64,000 nt of DNA from Amoebidium appalachense (taxonomy: Eukaryota > Protista > Ichthyosporea): the NCBI GenBank assembly GCA_963693365.1, contig CAVNZM010000007.1:2713979-2777978 (forward strand), in the 5' to 3' direction. Below the pieces are notes generated by a model. It was not told the origin of the DNA, did not search any database, and saw only the letters and a list, made by a program, of their open reading frames with translations. The first letter of the stretch is position 1. Every line of letters starts with the position of its first letter. Shown here in pieces: positions 1 to 41,509 of this stretch. The translations under genes and the position numbers were made by a program.

Positions 1-41
1 GGAAACAAGTAGCGAAGGAAGGGGGGGGGGGGGGGGGGGTT

Positions 42-160
42 AAATGCGGAACACGGTACGAAGTACGCATACACGAAGGACACGTGCAAAGGCAAACATT
101 CAAGTATGCAACATCAGCCATGCGCACAGTATGCGTCATAAGCAGAGCCCATCCTCGGGT
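42..160 (+). mobile_element. Partial LTR-like unit (17521-type subfamily)
   Basis: AATGCGGAACAC.GTACGAAGTACGCATACACG...GCGTCATAAGCAGAGCCCATCCTC matches 17523-17651 and follows a G-run. Confidence 0.7.
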
Positions 161-213
161 GGGATGATACAAAGGGAGAGACACAGAGCACACACACACA
201 CACACACACGTAC

Positions 214-9189
<8,976 letters not shown>

Positions 9190-10771
9190 TCTGGCAGGGC
9201 TCCTGTTGCGTGAAACATCAAATTAGAGAAAGAACATCCGCAGAAATAGAAACACGAACCGTGTTTGTGTTATATGGGCTGGTTAGTCTTAGTATATCGA
9301 CTCAGATCCTTGCTTGTGGCAGCAACTCAATCTCGGCAGGGGCATGTGGATTTGTGCTCTAGGAGGCTCTAGGAGGAGTTTCATGCAAAAAATCGTATGC
9401 CAAAAACAAGCAAAAAAAAAAAACCCTCCCGTGGCCAAGAACCATCACATGCCTAACGTCCTTGTTATCTTGCGCAAAAGGGGGCTACACTTTTTTTGAA
9501 AGGATATTAGAATGGGTGTTGGAAAGGTGTGGTATTTTGGAAGCGTTATATGGAGGAGTGAAGAGAGGAACGGACGAGAAGAAAAAAGTTGCCAGAGCCG
9601 AGTTCTGGAGGTGGAAGGATGTCAATTCAACAGGATATTGCGCAGAACCACGTGTGGGTATCGACGCAAAACACAAGACATATGTGTTCCAACATAAAAA
9701 GGTGTTCACGTGAGAAACAAGCGATTTGTCAACTTAAGGGGCCCTACTTGTCAGCAGGCGCACACAAGACAAGTCTGGGACGTGACCCGCACAAAAACTC
9801 CGCCCGTGCACTTATTGATAGAAGTGCAGCACATCTATATCATATCAGTGCCTTAAACAAGGCCACCACAACAGCACAACTAATACCCACAGCTCTTTCT
9901 GGCAGGAGAGAAGTGCTGAATCCCCTAGTCACCAGTGCCATTGCACTGAGCAGGAACAGAACGTGTACGCCGTGGCAAACTCACTCCTCTATACTACAGA
10001 TAGAAGGGCAAGCGCACATGAAAAATAAAAACGAAAACTACCAGGACTCGACATGCACCTTTTTAATAGCCAAGCAGGCTGTGATGCCCTTGCGCCTCGT
10101 ACTAGTGAGGCACCGGGAAGGGCTTCATCTCTGCAAGCTCTAACACTGGTTGGAGCTGCAACAGAAACGCTACCACCACTCCAAGTAATAAAAAGTAGTT
10201 ACCCTATCGTTTAGCTGCGTTATATGTAACTTTTCCCTAGTTCATTCAATCATGGTCACACCTAAAGTGTCTTGTGTTTTGTCTAAAAAGGTTTTTTGTT
10301 CTCTCCTGGCCGGCAGGATCCGATCATGTCCATATCGAGCGCTCGCATGCATCATCTATCAGTCGTGACACGCGCGCTCAGAAAGCCTGACTGTCAGACT
10401 GAGCTCTGCCTGACCTATACCAGTGCCCACTGCCCCGCTCAAAGCGCACCGATTGGATACAAAACACTGCCCTTTTAGGCAAATATCAAAACTCTGCTCG
10501 TTCCTATTGGTTAAACTTTGAGCCAAGTTTTCTAATTGGCCAGCTGCAGGGAGCCCCGAGTGACCCACTGACAACCTGAGTTTCGCGAGAAAAAACTTGT
10601 TGGCTAAAGTTGTGTGACAGCGAAACACCGCAACAATTTCTTTTAGTTGTGTTTACACAGCCAAGAAAACCTGTTTTTTCCCTCCTTCCTTTCATTTACT
10701 TCTTCCCCTATCTTGTAATCTTCCGTTCTTGTTTATAATCCATCTACAACTACTCTTTTGCCACCTTTAGG
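9190..10771. promoter_or_regulatory. Divergent intergenic/promoter region with CCAAT boxes
   Basis: Microsatellite-free stretch between two head-to-head genes. ATTGG (reverse CCAAT) occurs at about 10452, 10506 and 10535. Confidence 0.4.
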
Positions 10772-11167
10772 ATGTTTTCTCTCGTTCGTCAAGCCTCCCA
10801 CAAAGCTGCCCACCGCACCCTCCCCCGCCTTCCCCAGCGCCTTGCCAGTTTCAACGCCCACGACAAGGCACTATGGGTTGGTCGCCTGCAAGATGCTAAG
10901 GCCAAGACGGGAAAGAGCTACGACCAGATAGCGGCGGAGCTGGGCCTCACAAACGCATACACGGCTATGCTTTTCCATGGACAGGTGCTGTGCCTCCCCG
11001 CTTTAAACCCTACCATTTCCACCTTTCTTTTTTTTATTCTCTCATTTCTCTCCCTATGTATGTCTCTCTTTGTGTCTCTCTGTCTATCTGCATCTTTCCA
11101 TCTTCCCTCCCCCCTTCCCCCCCTCCATCTCCCCCCCCCCCTCCCCCCCCTCCCCCCCCCCCCCCCC

Positions 11168-11216
<49 letters not shown>

Positions 11217-11354
11217 CCCCCACGTTGAACACGCCCCGCCGCCGCCGCCGCCAGGATTTGCTCCACGTACTTCCCTCCGTTCCCCACCTCTTACCTCCCC
11301 CTATGGCACCCCGCCTTATACTCATCTTCCACATCCCCATGCCAGCAGAGACCA

Positions 11355-11393
<39 letters not shown>

Positions 11394-12134
11394 TCTCCCC
11401 CTGACCCTCCCCCCACCACATCCCAAGACCCACCCATCCATCCGCCCTGACTAGGGCACTCTCCGTCTTTCTAAGCCTTGTAACCCATCCCACCCCCCAC
11501 CGCCCGTTGCAGAAAGACAGACACACACACACACACACACAAGCACACTTGCGCAAGCACACACACACATACGAAGGCAAGTACAGCTACCCGTGTGCAC
11601 AGTAGCCACAAAATGGCATATGCAGGTCCTGCTGCAAGGCAGGTTTGCTAGCTACCCGTGACAGACGATAGTAAACCACTTTGCAGTAGTCCTGTGTCTA
11701 CACCCTCATCACTTCTCTACACTCGTACTTCCCTGTCGCCACCACTTATCCCTCACCAATCTTCCATACCACATCTTCAGGCCCAGCTCAAACCCGAAAC
11801 CGAGGCAAAACTCCAGAAGTCCGTCCCCTACCTCTCCGATGCCGACATTGCCGAGATGAAGAAGTGCCCCCACCGCAGCTACGATCCCGCCCAGCTCCAG
11901 GAACCAAACATCTACAGAACTCATGAGGCGGTCATGCACTACGGGCTTTCGATCAAGGCCCTGATCAATGAGAAATTCGGAGATGGCATCATGTCTGCAA
12001 TCGACTTCTATGTTACGGTGGACAAGACAAAGGGGAAACATAACGAGGATAGGGTGGTGATTACTTTCAATGGGAAATTCCTTCCGCACATTGAACAGAA
12101 GGTTGAGGATATGACGTACAAGCCCAAACTGTGA
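10772..12134 (+). CDS. cynS: Cyanate hydratase (cyanase), 188 aa, 2 exons
   Basis: Exons 10772-10984 and 11781-12134, joined CAG|gtgctg...ttcag|GCC in phase 0. The N-terminal helical region reads [30 protein letters not shown]. The catalytic domain reads [36 protein letters not shown]...[12 protein letters not shown]. Confidence 0.96.
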
Positions 12135-12551
12135 GGTTGAGGGTGAGGTTGTGGTGGATATTTTCTTGGAAATGTATTGTGATATACAGAGGAAATATAT
12201 GAGGAAAGGGGTTGCATTTTTGCATCACCCCCATCATTGACAACTTTGGGAATACGTTTGTACATGGTTTTTTTGGGGGGGGTACACTTTAATAACCAAA
12301 TAAGATAAGGTCGTTTTTTTTATTTCCTGCAGGTCCCGGCGTATGGTTGACGTATATATTAAAAGTTCTATATTTCGAGTCACGGTGCTCTGTACATGAT
12401 ACGACCCGACGCTTGCCGGTCGGGCTTGCTATGATCAATTAATACGAAAAACACAATGTTATTTATTCAGTAACATGGCCTTTAAACATACGACAACATG
12501 GTGCACTGCGGTCAAAAACGTACATATATCCCCCCCTCCCTCCTCTCCCCC

Positions 12552-12582
<31 letters not shown>

Positions 12583-12830
12583 ACACACAGAGGCCCCTTC
12601 CCCCGGACCTTTCGGAGAGCCCTTCCAGCAGTAACAGTGTGTGAACGTATAAATGCTCAAAAAATCCGCATTGATCAAGTTGTCCTTATAAGTGTTGTGC
12701 ATGTGTGCGTAGTATTTAGTACTCAATTCAAACCCCTCTAATGTTAGTAACACGTGCGCCTTGGGTGGCCCCCGGGCCTCCCCCCCTCTCCCCCCCCCTC
12801 CCCCCTCCCCCCCCCCCCCCCCCCCCCCAA

Positions 12831-12873
<43 letters not shown>

Positions 12874-13059
12874 ACACGTAGCATACACACTTGCCAACAC
12901 CGCATGGCATGGCACATGGAACATGGATGGCTTGGCCCCCCTTCGGATGATGTTGATTAGGCTAGTGATAATGTGTATCCCTTTTTTCCTTCCTTTCTTC
13001 CTTCTGATCGGGGCCGTTTGTTTGGGGGTGGGGTGGGGTGGGGGTGGGGTGGGCGGGTG

Positions 13060-13094
<35 letters not shown>

Positions 13095-13125
13095 TGTGTA
13101 TGTGTGTGTGTGTGTGCCAGTGTGT

Positions 13126-13162
<37 letters not shown>

Positions 13163-13259
13163 CGCATACTTTTAAAATTGCAAATGTTGCCCTGTATTAT
13201 CCTCCAACGTCGGCGTGTCACCGACTCAGAGTAACTTTGTGAACCGAACTCACTATGTT

Positions 13260-13302
<43 letters not shown>

Positions 13303-13848
13303 TTCAACCCCCTGCGCCGCCACCGCTGAAGAGGATAAATCTATTTCCCCAGATCCGCCAGCTCAAACCAACCCAGCCTTCTGCAAGCCGTGCGCATACT
13401 GAAAGAAGTTCCCAGAACTCCAAAATAACTTATGCTCCCGATAAGTGTTAATGTCTCTTAAGATTTTAATCATTAGTAAATAATGGAAAGCAAGTCCATG
13501 TACATGTGCACACAGCATATGGGTACTTGCACACTGTAGCACTCCGTGCATGCATCAGTGTAGGTGTTTATTACTACAGTAGCAAACGTTAGCTTTCGCC
13601 CCGTACACAACCACCGGTCATACATGCGTTTAAAGTCTAAAAGCATTCAGGAATGTTTCCACTAATCAGCAGTGGTAGTTAAATTTAGGTACAAAAATGA
13701 TCGAGAGTGACAATGAGAAGTGCACCGTGCATCTGTCGCACAGTTCCAGTAATGGTGCATGTACTTGTGTGTGTGCGCGTGTGGGTGAGTGTTACATGTG
13801 TGTTTGTTTCGCGGGAGAAGGCGCGCGTGTGTGTGTGTGTGTGTGGGT

Positions 13849-13880
<32 letters not shown>

Positions 13881-13926
13881 GGTCTCAGGAGTGATTGGGG
13901 ATGGGCAGAGAAAGATTGGGTGCAAA

Positions 13927-13957
<31 letters not shown>

Positions 13958-14306
13958 CGTGTGCGTGTGCATGTGTGTGTGTGTGTGCGCGCGCACGCAC
14001 GACGCGCGCAGTGCGTGGTGTGCATGCGAAAGTGTGTTGGCCAGTATACTAAATACATGTCCCTCGGGAATGTTTCCTGCAGCCACCTTCAACTAAACGG
14101 TCACCAATCTCTTCACTTGTCACCAAATCCAGAACCCACAGTACCCGTAGGTGGCCAACAGAAAGACGGGTGGGAGGTTGTGGGTGGGTGGGAGGGGGGG
14201 GCGGCGGGGGGGGGGGGGAAGATATCAGAACGAAAAACAAGTAAAGGCTGAGCAGTAACGATGAAAATTCACAACCAAACAACAACAAAAAAAAAGATCC
14301 ATCCCA

Positions 14307-14350
<44 letters not shown>

Positions 14351-14456
14351 AAAAAAAGGTAAAAAAAAAAAAAAGAGAAAAAAAAAAAAGAAAGAAAGAA
14401 AAGAAAAGAAAAAAAGGGAAAACGAAAGAAAAAGAACAGGAGGCAGGCTAATCCCC

Positions 14457-22500
<8,044 letters not shown>

Positions 22501-23594
22501 TTTCCTTGCCTATCCCCAGCCCTGGCACGGCGGTGCTGTATTTCTGAGCACCATGAACGAACGTGCCGCCACCAACTGCTTTGCTTGGAATTACGTTTTG
22601 TTTCAGTGAATTTATGATGATTTCCCTTGGATTTTCTCCAATTCAAAGACGGAGGAAAGGCCAAATGACTTGCTGATGCGGTACTAAATCGAGCTGAAAA
22701 TTTCGATGGACAAAGCGAAAAAGGTGCCCTGTGAAGGTGAGTTGTTTCAAGTGCTCAATCTTACGCATCCATGCGTCGAAAGAAGAAAGGCCTGACTTAG
22801 AAATGGACGCAGGCTTCTTGAATTCAACGGTTACGCCTGCGCCACTAATTTGCCTGTACAAGTGGCCTTCCGAACATATGGCATGTACGTTTTGAAGAAA
22901 CTTGAAAGCGATTACAGTCCTTGCTTGAATTCCTTCACTTGGAGTTTTCAGTCGTCAATTCACCGATTTCAGATCCCTAACTAATTGATTTTGGCGGCCC
23001 AAAAGTGGGGCCTAGCCATTCTATGCAGGTCATAGCCCAAATCCGTTCTTACACGATAAAGTCTAAACTATGAATAGGAAACAGGCTTGTATAGAAAATG
23101 AAGCGACACACACTGCTTATATAAGCAACATAGGGTGTCCGGCGCGTTTTTGGAGCTCAAAACAGGCAAAAACACATGTTTTACTACATGCGATTGACTC
23201 CCGCCGCCAGTCAGTCAGACGTAAGGCCCTAGCCGGAGGCGGTTTTGGCTGGTTTTAGCTGATTTTGACGTTGAAGAAGGCGTCGGACACAGCAGACCGC
23301 CTACATTAACTTTGCGCGTCTTTTATTTCCTACAACTTTACTTAGAGGGTGAAAACCTCATTTCTAAGTGAAATCGAACATAAACTCGCTTTGAGAGGCT
23401 GTAGACTAGTATTTGGCCCTGGCTAATTAGGCCCCACTTTTTGCCCAAAAGTGAGAATGGTGAATTGCCCAAGGCAGTCACTTTTAAAGTTTTGTGAGCT
23501 AAAAATAGACATTTTATGTAAGCCAATCATATTTCTCTTTGTTGTTCTTAATTAGGCAAAAACGCAAAGCTTCTCACGGCCAGCCAGTGCAGCC

Positions 23595-24017
23595 CAGGGT
23601 TGGGCTGGGGTTCGCCAGCTTAACCGTATCGCCCTTTGGCCAATCGCAACGGACAATTTCTTAATCGTAACGGGCTGACGGGTGGGTTCTTGGGGAGCTG
23701 CAAGCCCGCCTAAAACGCCCCTCCAGTCGCAAAACCCAACATACGTGTTTTAACAAATTTAGTACCGCAAGATTACAAGCCCTGGAAACTTATCGGGGCT
23801 CGATATTGCACATGAGAAGCGCTGTAGATATGTTCTTGGGGGGGAATGTGCTGTTCTTAAACAGAAATATTGAAAAAATAGGGAAGATTACATATTCAAG
23901 CGTCTATAATGCTACACACCTGATACGAAAGCTGTTACGAGGGTACCCTGACCTTATTCGTATCGGCGGTTCTCGTTAATCGTAATTACGACGATTTTTT
24001 TCGTAATCCCTACCCTG
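23595..24017. mobile_element. Non-autonomous hAT-type DNA transposon (MITE), 423 bp
   Basis: TIRs CAGGGTTGGG / CCCTACCCTG match 9 of 10 bases. A perfect 8-bp TSD, GTGCAGCC, lies at 23587-23594 and 24018-24025. Repeated TTACGA/TCGTAA subterminal motifs are present. Confidence 0.85.
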
Positions 24018-26464
24018 GTGCAGCCACCCGGCCGCTCAGATCTATATTAGACTTGTTCCTATTTTGTAACGAGTCAAGCTAGTCCAGCTACTGTAGATGG
24101 CAGGGTCTGATACTGTACTCATGTATTTAATTGATTGTTTTATTACAGTATTCCATTCCATAGACGCACAGCAAGGAAAGGCAAGCCGGTCAAAGCGCAG
24201 CAGCCCAGCGTACCGTACGGTTTCGCCGGACATATATGGCTCCCTATGTGCTAGCAGCCCGGCTTCGGATCACTTACGCGGCAGGTCAAAGCGTGCCTGG
24301 CATAGCCTACATCAAGGCGCGGACAACTACGCATTCCCTCGTGTTACCGACGTGTCAAACTTAACCCACCAAACCCTCTTTCCTCGAAGCCTACTGCCAC
24401 TTCCGGTCTTCGCCACGTGTGCCGTCCGTTCCAGACCGTTCGACCAAATAATTCCAATTTTGGGAAGGATCTAGATGAGATCTTTCATAAATTGACATTT
24501 GCGACTTTTTTGTCAACATGTGGGCCTATTTGATTGGCAAAATTCAACTCGATATCTGATTGGCTTAAAGGAGGAGTTTTCATTGGCCAAGATCTTGAAT
24601 AGATCTGAGCCTCTTCCCAACGTGGCCACACCACGAACAAAGAGATAGGCTACCATGTGAATTTGCTCAACCCACAGTGCAAAAGCTGGTGTAACTCAAT
24701 TGCACTGCCTATATAAAATGATGAAATAATACAAATGAAATAAATAGATGGTCCTACTTTTTTTTTATTGTTTTATGAAGACTATGATTTCGTCTTCCGA
24801 AGTTGTGCATTTATAACATATGCATATTTATGTTGCACATGGCACCAATTTGAAGGCATGTGCTGTGGCCTCTAGTGGGCTGTTTCTGTAGTTTCCGCCA
24901 CAACACCCAAATATAACACGCTTGCAATCACGTGAATGTGACTTGCATCCCACCCCCAGCAGTTTTCCACTAACCAGAAACAGAGGCTGGTTAACGTTGC
25001 ATGCACGATCGCGAGACCTAGTGTGCAGTAGTGTACACTACTAGGTAACAACCAATTTTATTTCGGCCTGTGCGACGGCGACAACGATTTCTTCCATCGA
25101 GAGTGGCCATGGGGCAGAACTCGCACCGTTGAATTCTGCATAATTTTGTGTTTATATACAAGCATAATACATAGTTATCTCTCAACAACCAATGGATTCT
25201 ATAGACGTGTATCTATATACTCCTGTCGATCAGTCGAACACTATTGTGTACACACTGTCTTTCAAAATCATCACGTGCACATGACTGGCTTAATTTGATC
25301 ACATACACAGTGAGCACTGTCACTATCTCTTGGACTGCATATTTTCTTGGGACAGTGCTGAACACTCAGTGAACAGACTATAGCTACAGAATACATATAT
25401 AGCTTTTAGATTTTTATTTGCATATGGTGATTTGCATCATTACTGTGAGCGAAAAATTAAGATCTTTGAGTACTTTAATTTATAAGAAGTGAATTATATA
25501 TGCAACCTCCTATGTATGTACACTGGGTGTGGTACTACTGTGACTGTGAAGGCCTAGGATAGCCCGTCGTGTCAACAATTGGAAGAAGAACATTATAGTT
25601 GTGTTGTGTTGGTTTAAATTCACGACTCGGATTCCGAGTTCGGAGGTTTGGAACCCGGGTTGAGGCTCTCCTTATCGTTGTACGTGAGCATGCAGTGGAA
25701 AACGTTCTTCAATTCAAGGCTTTGTACATGGGACACAAACATTGCACATTCACACAGTGAAACGCTGTACTTTGGCGGATACTGGCAGGTAATTGTCGTG
25801 AAAGCTTCTCGTTTCTTTTTCTCTACTTTTCTTTTTTTCACACACACCCGAAATCTGTTGCAATATCTGTGCAAGCCTCCGCGTTGTTCAACTCCACGGC
25901 CTATAATATGTAGATTCAAATATGAACGGCCTTAGGTGTTAGTAAGGATTCAAAGAATCCTTACCTACGGCCTGCATGGAGTGCTATTGACCAGCAGCTA
26001 GCGCTATCATGCGCCAGCGAGGAGTGGTAGTTTACTAACTAATGTGGAAACTCTACTTTGCTGGCCATCATATTAGCCTATTAAAAACGTTTACGAGTTT
26101 ACACTGAGACTCTGATTCCTTAGTGACCATCGCCTGTTGCAAAGCATATGTAAGAGATTACCGAACTGGGTTATGTTTTGGTCGTTCAGCCCTACACGTA
26201 CAGAGTTCCCAACATTCCAGTACATGACTAATGATACATCTATACTAAATGTATCGACAGCAACTTTCGAAATCTATTGTTTACAATCATTTTAAAAACC
26301 GTCTATTGTTACGGTTACATATACACAAGATTCAACTGATTGACTGGTCAGTATCCACCCTTTCGACGTCTCGGTGGCTGGCCCAGGACAAACCACATTT
26401 CAAAAACGACGGGGAAGAAAACCGACAGAAAAAAGAGGAAAACGGCGCAAAGGAAATTTCCAAC

Positions 26465-38132
<11,668 letters not shown>

Positions 38133-38375
38133 AGTATACTTTTATTCTCGTGTTTCCTAATGCTTGATTTGGGATTTTTGTATTTGATATTTATTCTATG
38201 ATATTCGGTTCAGGCAGGTTTTAAGGTTTTGTGCACAAATGTCATGCATGTTGTGTTGCCAGTTCCAGCACGGTGTATTATGTATGCAAATGACTCGCGT
38301 CAGCCTGATTTAGCTTCCTACATTCTTAGATGCCGGCGTGTTTGTGAATGTGTTTTTGAAAGGCTTTGCTTTTTT

Positions 38376-38409
<34 letters not shown>

Positions 38410-39315
38410 GGTAAGGTGTGCAAGTTATTTGTCACCCGACTAGTTCATGTATGTACATATCATAGTACGTCACCGGGTGTGTATGCATGTGCGGATGGAA
38501 CACTCTTGTGGTTCCAATGTGAGCGCGCACGTCACCCTGTGCTATATCTCGTTGGATATCCGGTGAAGCTATCTAAGCTACTATCTCGACGACGTGCCTA
38601 TCTATGGCGATTGTACTATTGTATTATACATGGCATTCTTTAGTTGGCCCTCTCCGGCAGATCCGATATCGATGCCCTGATCTAAATGAAATGACTATAT
38701 GAAAAATAGTAATGATGTGCATATAGGTGTGTGTACAAGTGCTACTGTATCTGCATGTGTGTGCGTGTGTGGACGTGTGTCACATCTTGCATTCAGCGGC
38801 GCTTGTACGAATTGAAAGTGCGTACGAGGACTGGCACGTGTGCATCTGAGCTGAGAGAAAACTACTTTCTCACACGTAGCAGAGTCTGCACTTAACACGA
38901 GTAGAGTGTATAATCGTTGCACACACACACACACGGAGGTGATCAGTCTCTATACGGGTGCAATATACTACCTACTAAGTGTGTACTTAATCGGGCTGCA
39001 TGCACTATCACCTAAGTATCACACAAGTGTCCACACAGTGCTCGGAGAGTCTGTTGCAACAGTCAAATATCGTTATAACTCCCAATTTTATTATGTTACA
39101 TGTGTGGGTTTATATACTCCGCCGTGATCCAGTCACCAGCCATCCAGAATAACATCCAGGTTGACTACGTAAACCCTAGATCTGGATGGTGCGTTCCTAA
39201 CCAATCATATGGCAGTTAGATATCACAATTCATCCTAGGAATCACACGATCAATCACCTAGCCATCACACGAATACACGCGTACACCGCTGTTGGATGGT
39301 TACATTTTTTTCTTC

Positions 39316-41035
39316 TTTTGACTGGATTTATTCGACGGAAAGATATGCAAGTATGCACGGCATACCGAGAAGACAATAAAAACTTCACGAGTTATCCAGT
39401 AACAAGTGCATACTGAGATACCTGAACACTGTGTGAAAATCATATAAATGCTCAATGTGACGGACGACCAACAGAATTCAACAAAAAGGCTAGTTCACAT
39501 TGCTTTTTCTTTTGACTGGATTTATTCAACGGAAAGATATGCAAGTATGCACGGCATACGGAGAAGACAATAAAAACTTCACGAGTTATCCAGTAACAAG
39601 TGCATACTGAGATACCTGAACACTGTGTGAAAATCATATAAATACTCAATGTGACGACCAACAAAATTCAACAAAAAGTCTAAAGTGTTCACATTGCCAG
39701 CTAGTGTAGCAGATACCCGGAGGGAAAGAGGTAAAACGCGACATAAAAATTCACACCTATCAACATGCTTGCGATTAAAAAGGTCAGCACAAAAGTGGCA
39801 CCAGCGGCGATGAAAACAAGAATTACAGCGCCACTGCACAACTTCCCAGGCAATATCAACATCAGAGCACCATACAGACTTATCTACTAGGGTGGTATCC
39901 ATACGTACAGCAGGAGAAATGTATCCTGCCAAAGCTCCCAAAAAGCGATAATGATCAGTACGGTGTTGCCTAAGGAACATAACACATGCCGACTGAGTTT
40001 TACCTTTGATTTCTCTATCAGAACGAGAAAGAAACTTATACTGCGTATGGTAATAACGCGAAAAGGCAGAAAAAACAGGAAGAGAAAAGAAAGAGGGAGT
40101 GAGATAGCGAGAGGAAGAATCAGGTGGAAAGAGGGTAGGCTGAGGACATTCAGAAGTAGCGTTGGTGAATCGGGGGGGAAGAGGGATGGAGGGAGGGGGG
40201 GGAAAGAAAGCATAAAGAGGGTGACCATCAGGTAGCCTAACTAAATGAAAACAAAAACGAAGAGACAATTCCTCCATACGACAAACAGCAGACGACAATC
40301 CAAACATACTGATTAAGGGAGGCACAAACCGAGTACGAAACAAAGTGCGTAGTGCAGTACCCTGAAAATCGTCGAACTCGTTCAGCGCCATTGCCGCCTC
40401 GCGAGGTGGGGCGCAGGCCAATAGCGGAAGTCCATATTCGAAAGTCGGCCGTAGAAAAGTTTTATAGTAGAGAAGAAGGTTCGCAGGATGGATCACAGAC
40501 TCCTGTTGAAACATATTTGACACGATGTGAAGCTTACCCTTCGCACGAGCGATCCGTGCCGTGAGGAGCTTGCGGAAATCAATACCCCGTGCAGTAAAAG
40601 GAATACCCAAATAGTCATAGGTGCTCTGAACAGGAATAGGAAGGCCGGCCAATCGAAAGGAAGTGTTCTTCGAAAAAGTAGCACACTTTGCAATTCCGAC
40701 TGTCATGAGATTCTCGGTGCACCATTGATCCACCTGACGAAGCGTCTGGTGCATGACATCTTCGGTTAAGGAACAAAGAACAATATCGTCCGCAAAAACT
40801 TCAAAAAAGTAGCACACTTTGCAATTCCGACTGTCATGAGATTCTCGGTGCACCATTGATCCACCTGACGAAGCATCTGGTGCATGACATCTTCGGTTAA
40901 GGAACAAAGAACAATATTTCGAAAAAGTAGCACACTTTGCAATTCCGATTGTCATGAGATTCTCGGTGCACCATTGATCCACCTGACGAAGCATCTGGTG
41001 CATGACATCTTCGGTTAAGGAACAAAGAACAATAT
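39316..41035 (-). mobile_element. 5'-truncated non-LTR retrotransposon (LINE)
   Basis: ORF 41003-39579 contains the RT motifs FADDIVL, YDYLGIPF and YKTFLRPTFEYG, and a C-terminal CHFC...H...C knuckle. The 3' end is A-rich. The N-terminal RT and endonuclease are absent. Confidence 0.9.
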
Positions 41036-41469
41036 AGTAAATATATCACAGACACGAATAATATGGTGATATTGGGGTTGTATATTCCAACATGAGGTTG
41101 CACATTTTTGCATGAATGTATGTAAAAAAGTGGACGAATTCGACTGCTTGTGCTTAGTTAGTTAGAAATGTGTGCGTATGTGTGTCCGTGTTTGGTGAGT
41201 TTTTGCATGTCATTATGCTTGCCACAGGTGTATTCGGAATATTTGGTTTTTGAAAGTTTTCGGTCAAAGAAGAACAGTGGACTATGTGGCCCTGTGCGGT
41301 GTCTGAGCACATTATGACTATGCGGAAACAGCAGGAAAGCCGCTGATTCGAGAGGGGGGGGGGGGGGAGGGGGGGGGGGGGGGGGGGGGTTCTGGATGAA
41401 CCCCCTCCCCCAACACACACACACACCGTGTGACACACACACACCGAAACACACACACACACACTGTAA

Positions 41470-41509
<40 letters not shown>

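Noticed and set aside
10670-10771. Pyrimidine tract plus AG immediately before the cyanase ATG as a trans-splice acceptor
   Set aside because: A 5'-UTR intron or chance explains it equally well, and there is no other support.
25620-25935. Short complex ORFs upstream of the kinase gene
   Set aside because: No recognisable motif and no consistent exon chain.
40672-41035. CRISPR-like repeat array
   Set aside because: The units are ~115 bp of RT coding sequence with no unique spacers, and there are no cas genes.
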